A DNA stretch of 64,000 bases. Source: Paraspadella gotoi. Taxonomy: Eukaryota; Animalia; Chaetognatha. The translations under genes were made by a program, and so were the position numbers. Every line of letters starts with the position of its first letter. Within the stretch, counting starts at the first letter, position 1. The notes below the pieces were generated by a model, which was given only the letters and a program-made list of their open reading frames with translations, was not told the DNA's origin and did not search any database. The DNA lies in contig CM119266.1 in assembly GCA_051294375.1 (NCBI GenBank), positions 12,437,705 through 12,501,704 on the forward strand. The letters are read 5' to 3'. Of this stretch, positions 34,822 to 46,430 are shown one piece after another.

Positions 34822-37258
34822 GTGAGGAAAGGGTGAGGAAAGGGTGAGGAAAAAGTAGGGAGAGGTGAGGTGACCGAGAAAGGAAAGGCGAGGAAAGGGT
34901 AAGGAGAGGTTGGGTGACCGAGAAAGGAAGGGTGAGGGACCTCATGAGGAAAGCTGCGGGATCGGGAGGTAAAGGGAAGGGAAGGCGCGAGATAAAAATG
35001 GTAAGAAAACAAAACACTGTTGACTTGTGCCGTAGTAATTAAGTTATATGAGCTCGCGCGATACATATATATAAATTTCTTTGTCGTTGTTGTTCACCTT
35101 GTCGTTGTTGTCGTTTGTTTCATAGTTTTTATCATCGCCGTCAATTTCTTATCTTTTCCTTCAATGTCGTTTCTAACGTTAGATATTTCAACTAAAAAAA
35201 TGTGTACCAAACCTTGGAGGACAAAGCTCGTGTTCATGACTGCGGTTAAAATGAAAAAAAGGAAAATTGTACTCGAGAAAAAGAATATTCTTTTCATTTT
35301 ACTGATTTTTTTTCTTATTTTATTCTTATTTAATTTTCTTTTTTGTTATACATATACTCCGTTTTTTTTTATTTTTCGCCGTCATCATTTCTCTTTTCCT
35401 TTATTTCTTTTTTTTTAATCTCCTCATTCTCCGTCCTTTCCTCTCTTTCCCCTTCTTTCCTAGTTTCTACTTTCCCCCTCTCTTCTCTCTTCCTCCGCCA
35501 CCCCCCGTTTGCCTCTCATTCTAAACTTTCCCCCTTTTTCTCTCCCTGTAAACGGGGGGTGGAAAGTCTCGCCGGGTCACCTCCGGGCGGTTTCCCTTCG
35601 GTGGAGTCGCGTTGGCCTCCTCCTTCGCTCGGCCTTGGGATCGGCGGCGGTGGTGGAAAGTGGGGTGGATATGAGGGGGGTGGTCAAGGTTGAGGGATGG
35701 TTTGGGATTGGTGTGGTGTTTGGTATTGGCATCGTAATCAGGGCGTGATCGGATTCGCCGTCAAAAATGTTCAGTGGATGTTTAGGGAAAGTTAATTTGG
35801 TGAAGTTTCGTTTTCTGTATGACTTCTAACCAATTGAAAGGACCATCATTAATCGTCACCTTAAGTGAGTTAACTTTTTTTTTTCGTGGTCGCTTAAAGG
35901 TAATTTGTTGCTTCGAAACGGGCGAGTAGGAAAAATAAAGGGAAAAGGAGAAAATTAAGTTACATTGAGCGAAGTACAAATTATTGTTTCAACGCAGAAG
36001 CTTCACTGTTCCCGTTCATTCAGAGATCCAGGCACCCTGTTAAAGCAGTTCACTATTTCCCTGCCGTGCTCATCTCTGCCTTGCGCCTCTCTTCATCCTC
36101 TTCCAGCACTGCATCTCTTGACATACTCTTCCAACCTCTCTGCCCTGTACTTCTCGGCGCCCTCTTCCAGCAATGCATTCCGAAAGGCCCTCTTCCAACC
36201 TTGCACCGGTTTCCTTCCTATTCTAGTACGTCCCTTTACTGTCTCTCTGCACCTGCCTCCAAACCTTGCACCTCTCTGAACCCCTATTTCAAACCTTGAC
36301 ACCTTCCCACCTCCCTCTATCCGCGACCTCATTCCCTTCAACGAATCTCCGTAATTTCCCTCGACGATCTTCCGCTGCTGCAGGGGGGAAGGAGATCCTT
36401 ACCTCCTCCGAAACTCACCCATTCTGTTTCAAGCAGACGAAGAAGATGTTTCTCTACAACATGTAAAAGACTAGATATAGTCGCCTCAATGTTTCTTATT
36501 ACGGTGTTCGGAAGTCACTGGCGTCAATTTTTTTTTTTTTTTTTTTATGCATTTTGGGCAAAAAAATTGATTCAACCTATTGCCTACTATAATTACCGAC
36601 TTGCCTTACTTACCTTAACTACTATATTTCAACCTTTTTGTAGCGCAAATCTCAACTAGAATATCAAATAATAAAACAACTTCTCTCTCTCTCTCTCTCT
36701 TTCCTCTCTCTCTCTCTCTCTCTGCTTCAAACTCTCTCCTCATCGATTTTCGAATCTCAGATTCTCGAGTCTTCGATGCAAATTCTGCGCCGAAGAAAAC
36801 GAAGGAACGCGAGTCGATCCCCGCCCGGTTCGTGACACCCGAGATCCAGATGCAGCGCCGCTCCGCTTTCACCAACTATTTAAGTCTCAGTTCCCCAACA
36901 CCCGCTTACCCACAACATGTTCTAGCTCTCCCCACAAAACGATCTCTTACCCGCAACATATTCTCGCTCTCCCCACAGCAAGATCTCTTATTGACATGTT
37001 CCAGTTGTAAAATTTTAGCGTTTTATTCGGTTTTTCGTACCAGAGTTCCAATTTGTTTAGATTATTTTTTAATGGTCCACGATTAATCCACAAACCCTTT
37101 TTTCCCCAACCACCCCCATATTCCTTCCCCTCACCAATAAACCCACCCACATGTCGACTCCAGTCTTCGTCCTTCGTCTCCCAACTGAATTTCTTTCTCC
37201 TTCGAGATAAATTAAAGAAACTTTAACGACTGCCTCGTCCCTCGGCTGCTTCGCGCCT

Positions 37259-37327
37259 TACCCTGTCGTTCTTGGCCTCAACACTCGGCCCTACCCTGTC
37301 GTTCTTGGCCTCAACACTCGGCCCCTA
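37259..37327. repeat. 33-bp direct tandem repeat x2 (taccctgtcgttcttggcctcaacactcggccc)
   Basis: Units start at 37259 and 37292. Confidence 0.9.
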
Positions 37328-38716
37328 CCGAGCCAAGTCCGCTGCCTCGCAGCTTTGTCTGTCCATCCCTTCTCTCGTTTTACTTTTTAACCCCAACTTT
37401 TTTGTTTAATCCAACGCATCTAACTAGTTTACACTAATATCCTTCTGTTATAAACTCTTTCATCTTGCCCAATCGCCACCTTCTCCCAGATGTTCTTTTG
37501 CCCATTTTTTCTCCATCTCAGCCCTTACCCCATCTTGCCGACCTTCCTTCCCCACCGCAAGGACGTCCTTAACCCTCTCCCTCCATCTCCTCACCTTCTT
37601 CCTCTTTCTATCTCTCATTCTCTTCCTACACCCTTACCCCACTCTCTCTCAACCACACCCCACTTTTCTCCATCGCACCCCAGCCGCTTCTTCCGAACAC
37701 CACCACACCCACCCAACCCTAACCCCCTCCTTTCCCTCCAGCAAACTCATTTTCCCCCGGTGATTTCCCGCGTGAGAGAATCTCACAATGTGAGTCGAAT
37801 GTCTAGGACGTTGAACGACGTGGCCGTTCCGGGCGTTGGCGCGGGGACTTGGCGTCGTGGCGCGGGATTAAGCATAGTGGCGTGGCGAGTGTGCGTGAGG
37901 AAAACTGTTGGCGCGTTTTGGGCTTGGCGACCGTCAATGATTGGCATAGCTTGTATCTCTTTTCAAAATGTTTAAAATCTCTTCAAGTTTTCCTTGAGTG
38001 AATTTTTTTCTAGCGGTGGGTTTCAAATGGTCACCTTGTAACTCTCAAACCCCAAAAAAATTACCTTCGCAAGTCATCGTGCTTTTCTGTAATCTGTTTT
38101 TCCCTTGACTTGGCTTGACAAGTTTTTTTCGCGCATCAGTTCTGCAGGTCGTGACTCGACGTTGGAAAATCGCAATGAGTTGTAACGAAATCGACGCCGC
38201 AAGTTCGACGGGCCAGAGAATCGGCGTCGCCCGGGAAATGACGCCCAGAATCGGCGCCGCTGATTCCGCCTCGCTGGCGTCGCCGCTGAAATAAATAAAA
38301 AGAGAGAGAGGCGCCGCCATGGCATCTCCCCTCGACTTCCGTCTCCGGGCGGACGTGCGTTCGCATGCAAATGGCGGAATGGCGAAATGGCAGGCAAATG
38401 GCATCGAAGAGCGACTCGAATTTCTAGTCGACCGCTCTTTGAGGAAAAAAAAAAAGAATCTGGCATCTCATTTTGAATTTGAGGCCGAGAGGCAAAAAGG
38501 GCTCAAGGGTCGAATCCCCGATGGGCGGAGATGGAACGAGTCGGGACGAATCGGAAAATGGGGGGGCGTTTATGGGGGGCGGTGAGCGAATCGGAGCCGA
38601 CGTAATGAGGACGATGATGTGAGGAACGGGGATATTGATGCGGTTGATTTGATGGAGCAGATGAGGAGCTCGGTTGAATGATGACTCGATGATGTGATGG
38701 AGCGAAAGAGATGAGA

Positions 38717-38782
<66 letters not shown>

Positions 38783-38795
38783 GATGATGATTTGA

Positions 38796-38836
<41 letters not shown>
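38717..38836. repeat. (GAT)n microsatellite
   Basis: Directly visible; explains the poly-His ORF on the minus strand. Confidence 0.95.
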
Positions 38837-39488
38837 TAATTCTTGGTCTTTCCTCTTTCTGGGAAAAAGCAAAGACAGAAATATATAATATCGTATGATA
38901 TGCAAGTTAAAAAAACGTTGTCCTTGTCGTAAAGAACCTAGTTGTGATGCTTGAAACATTTCTCAAGAGAAAAATGAAAAGATACAAAGGAATAATGGAA
39001 AAAGAGAAAAGAGAAGGAAATGTTAGGGGCAAAAAAAGAATGAATATATAAAAAAATTTAAAAAACAAAAAGGGGTGAAAAAAAAGGAAGAGTTTTTTTA
39101 CAAGGCGTCCTTTTTCGAAAAATGACAAGAATGATGATCGATCGCTCGAGAGCATTTTTCGTGAATATTTAATGTTTTTTTTGTGAATAGTAAATGGTTT
39201 TCCCGGCGCATAAGAGACAAGGAGTTCGCCGAAGTCAAACTTTCACGATTCAAAGGGCAGAATATTTAAACGACAATTTCCCCGCGTCGTTGAAATAATT
39301 ATTTGTCGATGTCAAGAGATGTCAAGTCGCGAAGAAGTAGGCCTGTCGTCGAAAGCCAATGCTTGTCCGTGGGACATAACTTTAGGGCGAAATCGATTGT
39401 CTCGTAAAAGATAGGAAAAATGTTTATAATTTAAAAAAAAATTTTTAGCAATTTTAATACAAATAAATTATTTATTAATTTTTTTTAG

Positions 39489-39624
39489 CCGGAATTATGG
39501 GTTCCGGATTCGCGCTCAAAGTGCAACAACTGCAACGACAAAAGCACATGGTGCGACGTCGATTGCCTGCCGCAGTTCTCATCCAAGCCGTGTGGCGTCT
39601 CTACGCCGTGGAAAACGACCACAG
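39489..39624 (+). CDS. KCNQ: KCNQ exon: S6 gate and helix A (IQ-like calmodulin motif)
   Basis: ttttag|cc..ag|gttttt; 136 nt, phase 1 to 2; [45 protein letters not shown]. Confidence 0.97.
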
Positions 39625-39812
39625 GTTTTTTAGACAAAAGACAAACGCTTTTTTAGTGTTGGAGAGTTGAAAAACTTTTTTGTCTGGAAAGAAATCAAAT
39701 TGGTGCAAGTTTCTCTAATAAAGTTAACTGTTACCGATCAATGAGTTTTACTAATACGAACTAATATACTAATATGATTTTCAATAATCAATTTAATTAT
39801 AATTTTGTTCAG

Positions 39813-39916
39813 ATCTGAGGCTACATGGAAAATCTACATGGTGAAAGAACCAGACGACAAATTAAATTCTGAGTTGAACCGATCGGCGACTGGCATCGCG
39901 GGATTCGTCGGCTCAG
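39813..39916 (+). CDS. KCNQ: KCNQ exon: TW segment after helix A
   Basis: ttgttcag|a..g|gtgcc; 104 nt, phase 2 to 1; RSEATWKIYMVKEPDDKLNSELNRSATGIAGFVGS. Confidence 0.88.
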
Positions 39917-40511
39917 GTGCCTTCGTTGTTGTTGTTGTTGTCGCAGTTGTCAAAAAAAATGTATAACTAAAAATTCTTGGCTTTTTGTATGGAGAACTAA
40001 TTCCATGATTACATTTTTACAGAGCCATGTATGACCAAACGAGGCAAGTCAGAGTAGTTCGAGATGTAAAATTAGATTTATGACGATTTTACGTTTTAAT
40101 TAAACAAGGAATTTAGGGCCTTTCTTTCTTAAATTACGAAGGCCAATTATACCCTAAATCACAATAAGACTAAAATTTAATATATTCTCTAGTTTTTGCT
40201 TTAATTATATTATTTTTTTACTATTTCACAACTTTACTTTTTCTCTATCTCTGTATCAATTTCGCCGTCTTTCTTTCCTTACTTTCCAACTTTCCCTATT
40301 TCTTAGGGAAAGTTAGTCGATAGGAGTAGGTCCTTCTTTTTTTTTTCTCTCTCTCTCTCTCACACAATTTCCCGTTAGACCTTAAAGAGCGCATGTCAAA
40401 TTCGTTCTTTTCTCAACTTTTTTATTAAATTTCACGCAAATATTAAAAAAAAAATTTTTTCTTCAATTTCTCCATAAAATCTGTTTTTTTTTTGTTTTTT
40501 TGTTCTTTTAG

Positions 40512-40608
40512 GTTCCATCAAATCCACCACAGAAACTTTCGTCAGTAGATTGTCCGTTCGTACTAGAAAGCCAGGGGTCTTCGGTGGGGCCTCTCCCCTT
40601 CTATTTCG
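40512..40608 (+). CDS. KCNQ: KCNQ exon: helix A-B linker
   Basis: ttctttttag-type acceptor, cg|gtagg donor; 97 nt, phase 1 to 2, open; GSIKSTTETFVSRLSVRTRKPGVFGGASPLLF. Confidence 0.8.
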
Positions 40609-40678
40609 GTAGGTTGATTTATTTATAGTTTAATAAATTAATTAATTAATTCTTCGATGGATTATTTATTTTTTTTAG

Positions 40679-40769
40679 AACGGCCAATACCCTCCGTCGT
40701 TCTCTGCAAGGCATCATCGCTCAACAAGAAGAGAATGAAGACGCTGACGACAGCATTAGTGCCAATGAA
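40679..40769 (+). CDS. KCNQ: KCNQ exon: helix A-B linker
   Basis: ttttttag|a..gaa|gtaagc; 91 nt, phase 2 to 0; RTANTLRRSLQGIIAQQEENEDADDSISANE. Confidence 0.82.
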
Positions 40770-40839
40770 GTAAGCATCGACACAATCACCAGTCACCAAG
40801 CATTTTATGATTGCAACGATGATCGATCTTCCCTGTTAG

Positions 40840-40966
40840 GTTTTCCCACCAACGCCGAACGGTCACCGCAGCAGCCAACTGAGTTTGTCGGACTCCATGC
40901 CAAACAAGGCTCCTTCCTACGACGAAGACATGGACTCCATAGCAGAGTGGGGCGCTATAGAGAGGG
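40840..40966 (+). CDS. KCNQ: KCNQ exon: helix A-B linker
   Basis: ccctgttag|gtt..g|gttagt; 127 nt, phase 0 to 1; VFPPTPNGHRSSQLSLSDSMPNKAPSYDEDMDSIAEWGAIER. Confidence 0.82.
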
Positions 40967-41092
40967 GTTAGTTGCTTCGTTAAGCCTTTGGGTTTTTTTG
41001 TTTGTTTATTTCTTATTGTTATGTTTTTGTTATTATTTATTTGCGATAAGAATTTTGTAATTATCTATTCTTATCTTTTTTTCACCTCACAG

Positions 41093-41254
41093 GTCCGTGC
41101 GTGGTGAAACTCACTCCAGCTCATAAAACCGCCATTCGTTCCATGAGGAAAATGAAGTATTTTTTGGCCAGAAGAAAATTCAAGGAATCGATGAAACCCT
41201 ATGATGTCAAAGACGTCATGGAACAGTATTCCCAGGGACATTTGGACCTTTTAG
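41093..41254 (+). CDS. KCNQ: KCNQ exon: helix B and start of helix C
   Basis: ctcacag|gt..g|gtatac; 162 nt, phase 1 to 1; [54 protein letters not shown]. Confidence 0.97.
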
Positions 41255-41435
41255 GTATACTTTGTTTAATATTATGAAATTAACTAGCATTTACAGCAAA
41301 TTAGCAGTTAAAAAAAATAAAAATAAAACTTTTTTATTAAATTTTGAACAAAACTAAAAAGAGTGGATTAATTCAATTTCAAAGTATATATCTTCAATCC
41401 AATCTCTATTTTCATTTTCTCCTCTCCACCCACAG

Positions 41436-41640
41436 GGAGAGTGAAAATCCTCCAGTCCCGATTGGAGCAGATCCTGGGCAAGCAGGGGCCTTCGACGCCC
41501 AAATCCTCCAAAGGCGCTTATGATTCTAAAGTGAGTCTCGCCCAACGCGTCGTCCGCATCGAACGCCAGGTCGACGACGTCGAATCAAAACTCGACAAAC
41601 TCCTCGACATCTACGTCGACGAGAGAAACACTAACGTCAG
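41436..41640 (+). CDS. KCNQ: KCNQ exon: helix C end and helix D tetramerisation coiled coil
   Basis: cccacag|gg..ag|gtgaga; 205 nt, phase 1 to 2; GRVKILQSRLEQILGKQG..SLAQRVVRIERQVDDVESKLDKLLDIY. Confidence 0.96.
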
Positions 41641-42030
41641 GTGAGATTTTGAAGAATTATAGTTTATACGGCGCATGTTCAATTGTTCATTTCTTAAATT
41701 TATAGATTCAAAATGCATACGTATAACTGTTGACTATTGATAATTATCCGAGATTAAGGTGAATAGCCGTAACGCTCACTCAATTACTTTAAGCTTTTTG
41801 TAATCTTTTATTTTTTTTATAAAATTTATACGATCGAAAAGAGTCTTTTCTTACTAAATTGTTTTTCTAGTATGTGACATCGTGACTACAATATGTAAAT
41901 GAGATTATTATCAAAAACCATCGAATTACAAAACCGGAAAAATCTGATTATTTATTGCTTCATATTGCCAATACATTCAGAACAAAACCGCGAATTCTTT
42001 CAACGCATCTCGTTTTCTTATCCCACCCAG

Positions 42031-42416
42031 AATGCTGACCGTCTTGGAAAGCATCTACAATTCCCTGGACGGGGCGGACGGCCATCTCCGCGACCACAAC
42101 AACACGACCGAGGACGAGGACGGCCGCATGCCAAGTTCGCCCCACTCCCTCTCCAAGCTCAGCCCCCCGCCCACCCCATACATTCACATCGGGGCGGCCT
42201 CCCCCGACGCCCTTCACTCGCGTCCGCCGGGGTTCCGCCACTTCTTCAAGCGCCCCTCCAAGGGCATCCTCGTCTCTGAGAAGATGTCGGGAGGGAGCTC
42301 GACGGAGCCGTTGTCTCCGAGCGCCAGCATCGCCTCCGACGTCCCCGTCGCCTACTCTCACTCGCACCACCGGGGCACCCACCTCCCTCCCCTCACCCAC
42401 GCTCACTCGGATCTGG
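42031..42416 (+). CDS. KCNQ: KCNQ distal C-terminal exon (S/P/H-rich)
   Basis: cccacccag|a..g|gtaaga; 386 nt, phase 2 to 1; matches ORF 42032-42439; GC-rich coding-like composition. Confidence 0.85.
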
Positions 42417-42773
42417 GTAAGAAAAGTTTGGGATGGTGAGTCGAAAATGCTTGCTGGCACTTGAGCTAAATGTTTTTTTTTAAAGAACAGAAATAAGTTA
42501 CTGAGACGAGGTTTTCTAGCTCTTAACCTAGAACGGTTTGGCAATGTATGTGGAAAAGGCGCTAAGTGGGCTGAAGACTACTATCCGTAACTTCCGTGCC
42601 CCCTCAGAAGTCATGGAACGGGTCCAAGTTTCATTTTTACCCTTGTCCTAATTTTTTAAAAACAAGACGCCCAAGCCCTGCTCAAGCCAACTCAACCCTT
42701 TTCTTATCTCAAACTAACCCAATCTCAGCCCAAACTAATCTCAACCCAAGCCAATCTCAACCGGCATCCGCAG

Positions 42774-43477
42774 GAACGCGAATCCGCAAGAAGGTGACCT
42801 ATCGCCATAAACTGTCGGAAACGGAAGAGACAATCATGCCGCGCGTCAACAGCGAGGAGGAGGAGGAGGAGAACGAAGAGGAGGAAGAGGAGGAGGACGA
42901 GGAGAAGCCGAAGAGTCGACGAGGCGCTTGGGAGAAGAGCGGCGATAGGCGGATCAAGGAGGAGGAGGAGGAAGAGGAGGAGGAGGAAGAAGAGGAAGAT
43001 GAGGAAGGGAAGGAAACGGCGGTGAGTCGTCGCCACGAAGAAAAACGCCATGAGGAGAGACGCCTCCCGGAAAGCGTCGTCGCCCGGCGTCCTCGAGCGA
43101 AAAAACTCCTCATCGTGAATCCTGAGACAACGCCCCCTCCGGCGCCGACGGCGACGACGCCGCTCGAGCGCCAACGTCAGGTCGACGACGCCGTGTCGTT
43201 CGGTTCGGCGACGTCGAGGGATTTCGACGGCGCCGGTTCCATGGACGGCGTCCCTTCCATGCCGAGCGCGCCCGAGTCCGAGGATCTCGCGGCGCTGGAG
43301 GTGGACTCGGCGGCGCCCGACGATTTCGCGGCGGCGTCGTCCGAGGATTGCGAGGGCGGCGTGGATTGCGACAACGGCGCCGCCAACAAGACTAGAAAGT
43401 TGTTCCAAAAGTTTTCCAAACTCGTGCCTAAAGAGTCGGAAGAGACGATAAAGGGAGAACGAGGACGACGGGGATAA
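42774..43477 (+). CDS. KCNQ: Probable KCNQ distal exon with poly-Glu tracts; 3' boundary ambiguous (donor after 43021, stop at 43475-43477, or donor after 43479)
   Basis: ccgcag|ga acceptor in phase 1 continues into ORF 42596-43477 (GTRIRKKVTYRHKLSETEETIMPRVNSEEEEE...). No family motif, so assignment to KCNQ rests on splice phase and proximity. Confidence 0.68.
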
Positions 43478-43699
43478 AGGTAATGGTGCGGTGGGAATTT
43501 GGGGAGGAAAAAAGGGGGTGGGATGGGGGGGCGGTGGTGGGGGAGTTCACAAGGAGGAGTGCTGGCCTTAGCGGAAGTTTTCAGTTTGAAGTTAAAACAT
43601 TTGGAGAGAGACAAAAGTTGTCGGTTTTGACTTCTGAATTTAGAACTTAATTATTAATAATTAATAATTAATCATGAGCTAATTTTTCCATCCTCCCAG

Positions 43700-43842
43700 T
43701 TCATCGACGACGACGAGGACGTCGACGACGACGACGATGACGACGAAGACGTCGACGACGGCGTCGGCCTTGAAGATCCCGAAAACTCCCTCAGCGCCGC
43801 CACCGACTCGAGGAAGTTTAACCTCGCGAACAACGCCAGGAG
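43700..43842 (+). CDS. KCNQ: Probable distal exon, Asp-rich
   Basis: tcctcccag|ttc..ag|gtacat; 143 nt, phase 0 to 2; FIDDDEDVDDDDDDDEDVDDGVGLEDPENSLSAATDSRKFNLANNAR. Confidence 0.62.
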
Positions 43843-44060
43843 GTACATCGTTCTATTTTACGTTCTTTTTTTATTTATTTATTTATTATTCGTTATTTGT
43901 TTAATATGTTTGTTTATTTTATTTTTAGAAAAGGGAAAACTCTTATCACAACCTTATTTAATTTCACTTTTTTACTTGTATTTTCCTATTTGGTTTATTA
44001 TTCAATATGTTTTATTTAAATTTAAATACAAACAAACGAATAATCTAATATTGTCTCCAG

Positions 44061-44176
44061 ATCTCCGGTGCGTCGCGTTTCAAAGGTGAAGGATTGGGTG
44101 ATGAACTCAACTAGCGAGTTTAACTCTCCTTCAATGTCCCCATACAACAACACGGGAGATTCCGCCGTCATGATAG
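44061..44176 (+). CDS. KCNQ: Probable distal exon
   Basis: tgtctccag|a..g|gttcgt; 116 nt, phase 2 to 1; RSPVRRVSKVKDWVMNSTSEFNSPSMSPYNNTGDSAVMI. Confidence 0.62.
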
Positions 44177-44190
44177 GTTCGTCTTTAATA

Positions 44191-44418
44191 GGAGGCGATA
44201 GGCTGGGATAACAAGCTTTGACTTAAAAGGAGGTGATAGGCTGGGATAACAAGCTTTAACTTAAAAGGAGGTGATAGGCTGGGATAACAAGCTTTGACTT
44301 AAAAGGAGGTGATAGGCTGGGATAACAAGCTTTGACTTAAAAGGAGGTGATAGGCTGGGATAACAAGCTTTATCTTAAAAGGAGATGATAGGCTGGGATA
44401 ACAAGCTTTGACTTAAAA
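44191..44418. repeat. Intronic minisatellite, 6 x 38 bp (GGAGGTGATAGGCTGGGATAACAAGCTTTGACTTAAAA)
   Basis: Units start at 44191, 44229, 44267, 44305, 44343 and 44381; few substitutions, no spacers. Confidence 0.97.
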
Positions 44419-44621
44419 TTGACCAAAATTCCGTAACGAGAACGTATCTTGATCAGTTATATATGTGTACTTATCAAAACAAATTAAGTAATATTAGAGC
44501 CGGACGAAGACAAAATGACTAAAATTGTTCAAGTAGGCATTGGAACTGACCATAAAGAGACGTTGTGATCTTCGCGTGATGAGAAATCACTCGCATTCTT
44601 CCTCCCCCCACCCCCGAACAG

Positions 44622-45034
44622 AAATGCTGGAAGGCAGCGAGGCCTCTTCCGTCTCCAAATATCCCTTCACCTCCTCGCCTCAAAAATCGAGTGACTTCAT
44701 GAGCAAATCCGCGACTGAGGAAAGCTTCCCCTCGGATCGTCGCAGCCGATCGGAGACGGACGCGTCGTCGCGTCGCAGCCAATCGGAGGTCGAGACTTCG
44801 GACCGTCGCAGCCAATCGGAGATAGAGAATTCTCATCGTCTCGGCCGATCGAATATCGAGGCCAAATCCAAACCTTCTAAGAAAGGGCGACGGACCGTGA
44901 GCGCCTCTTCTTCTTCCTCTTCCTCTTCCCCGCCATCGCCCCCTTCCTCCGTGAGCGTTCCCACCTTGGCTTCCAAACCTTCGGCTCAGAACAGGAGAAA
45001 CGAATCTTCCAAGAAATCAGAGTTCGACTGTTGA
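44622..45034 (+). CDS. KCNQ: Probable terminal coding exon, Ser/Arg-rich, ending ..KKSEFDC*
   Basis: Pyrimidine tract then gaacag|aa in phase 1 enters ORF 44540-45034 (EMLEGSEASSVSKYPF...); TGA followed by AT-rich sequence. Confidence 0.62.
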
Positions 45035-46430
45035 ATGTAACAATTTTTCAACATTGTGCGGAGAATTGAGAAGTAATATTCTGAAATAGTTTATTTTTTC
45101 ATCTCCTTGTTTCGCTTCTCCAGTTACGAGTCGGTTTTTTTTTCTCTTAAATTTCAACGTCGAAAACTTCCAAACTTTCGTCGGATTGAAGCATTTTTTT
45201 TTCGAGAAAACAGTTACATAAATTAAAGAAAAAAGATTGTTAAATGTCAACGCATTAAAATGTTGTAACGGCAAGTCACGCAGTATTTTATTATGTCTGG
45301 GACGTTATAACTACACCTGCACTGAGAAGAAAAAAATATATTCATTATTACATATTTAGCCTCAAAATCAATACTAAGCACTTACGGTGTTATTTTTGTT
45401 AAGCACAAAATCAACGGTTGTTTCTAAGGAAATTTGATTAATGTTTACTGAAAAAGTTTTGTATCGTTTGGCACAATAAATGAGGTCTAAAAGTTAACTT
45501 TCTTACTACGGAGAATTTTAAGATTTAAAAACACTTGCCAATTTTTTAGTAATTTTTTTTTTAAATTAATAAAATAAATTTTGAAACTTTTGCATTCCAT
45601 CAAAGTTAATATTCGAATTCGCCTTCAGATGCTTCTTCATATTATACTAAATTACCAAAATATAAACGAAATTAAGAAAGAAAGATTATATTTTATTATG
45701 TTATAATTTGTGTATCTAACTGCTTCACTTTCCATCTATAATAAAAGCGCATAAAATGGTTGGGAAACATTTTCGTTTTTGCGCAATTTGCCGATTTATG
45801 TATTTTTCGCTGCCACTAAATACTTTCGCATTCTCGCTTGACATGTTTAGCTGTTGGTAAAAGTGAAGTGGCTTGATGTCATGTTATTCCAATATTCTAA
45901 AAAGATAAACGGAAATTTCAATCAGAGCTCTTTTGCTGTCTCTCACTCTGTTTTGCCAAAGTTATTGGTGCGATTTTTTGACTGTTCTCCCATTGATGTT
46001 GCTTTTTAAAAAAGCTTATACTTCAATGACAATGTTTTTTACTCCAATACTAATAACCGCGTTATCTAAAATTTGTGATGGTCTTAGCGTTTGTTCAGTC
46101 AACCTAACTTGTAAAAAAAAGAAAAATTGTCAACTATCACTTAAATTAATTTTTGCCCCTAATTTAATATAACTAGATTGACTTTTGAGAATGGTTTTTA
46201 GTAATATAATTATTCCAAGTAAAATCGCCAGAAATTTGTTTATGTAATGTAACTAGTTAGTTCCGTGATTCTTTTGAACGTCAAATTAACGTCTAAGAGA
46301 ACATTTAATTAATCAATAGAATTGCAATAAATTGTTATTTTTTTTTACACAATAAATCGAAAAGATATTTTTTTTTTAATGGCCAATGGCCATTCATGCA
46401 AAAATTTTCGAATTTGGTGTTGTAACTTAC

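Noticed and set aside
38570-38959. Poly-His protein
   Set aside because: Antisense reading of a (GAT)n microsatellite.
41960-43614. Minus-strand ORFs of 104-227 aa
   Set aside because: Antisense shadows of GC-rich KCNQ tail exons.
44191-44418. CRISPR array
   Set aside because: Contiguous 38-bp units with no unique spacers, no cas genes, and inside a spliceosomal intron.
44498-44568. Alternative short terminal exon (EPDEDKMTKIVQVGIGTDHKETL*)
   Set aside because: Phase-compatible, but the acceptor lacks a pyrimidine tract; 44622 is much better. Not fully excluded without RNA data.
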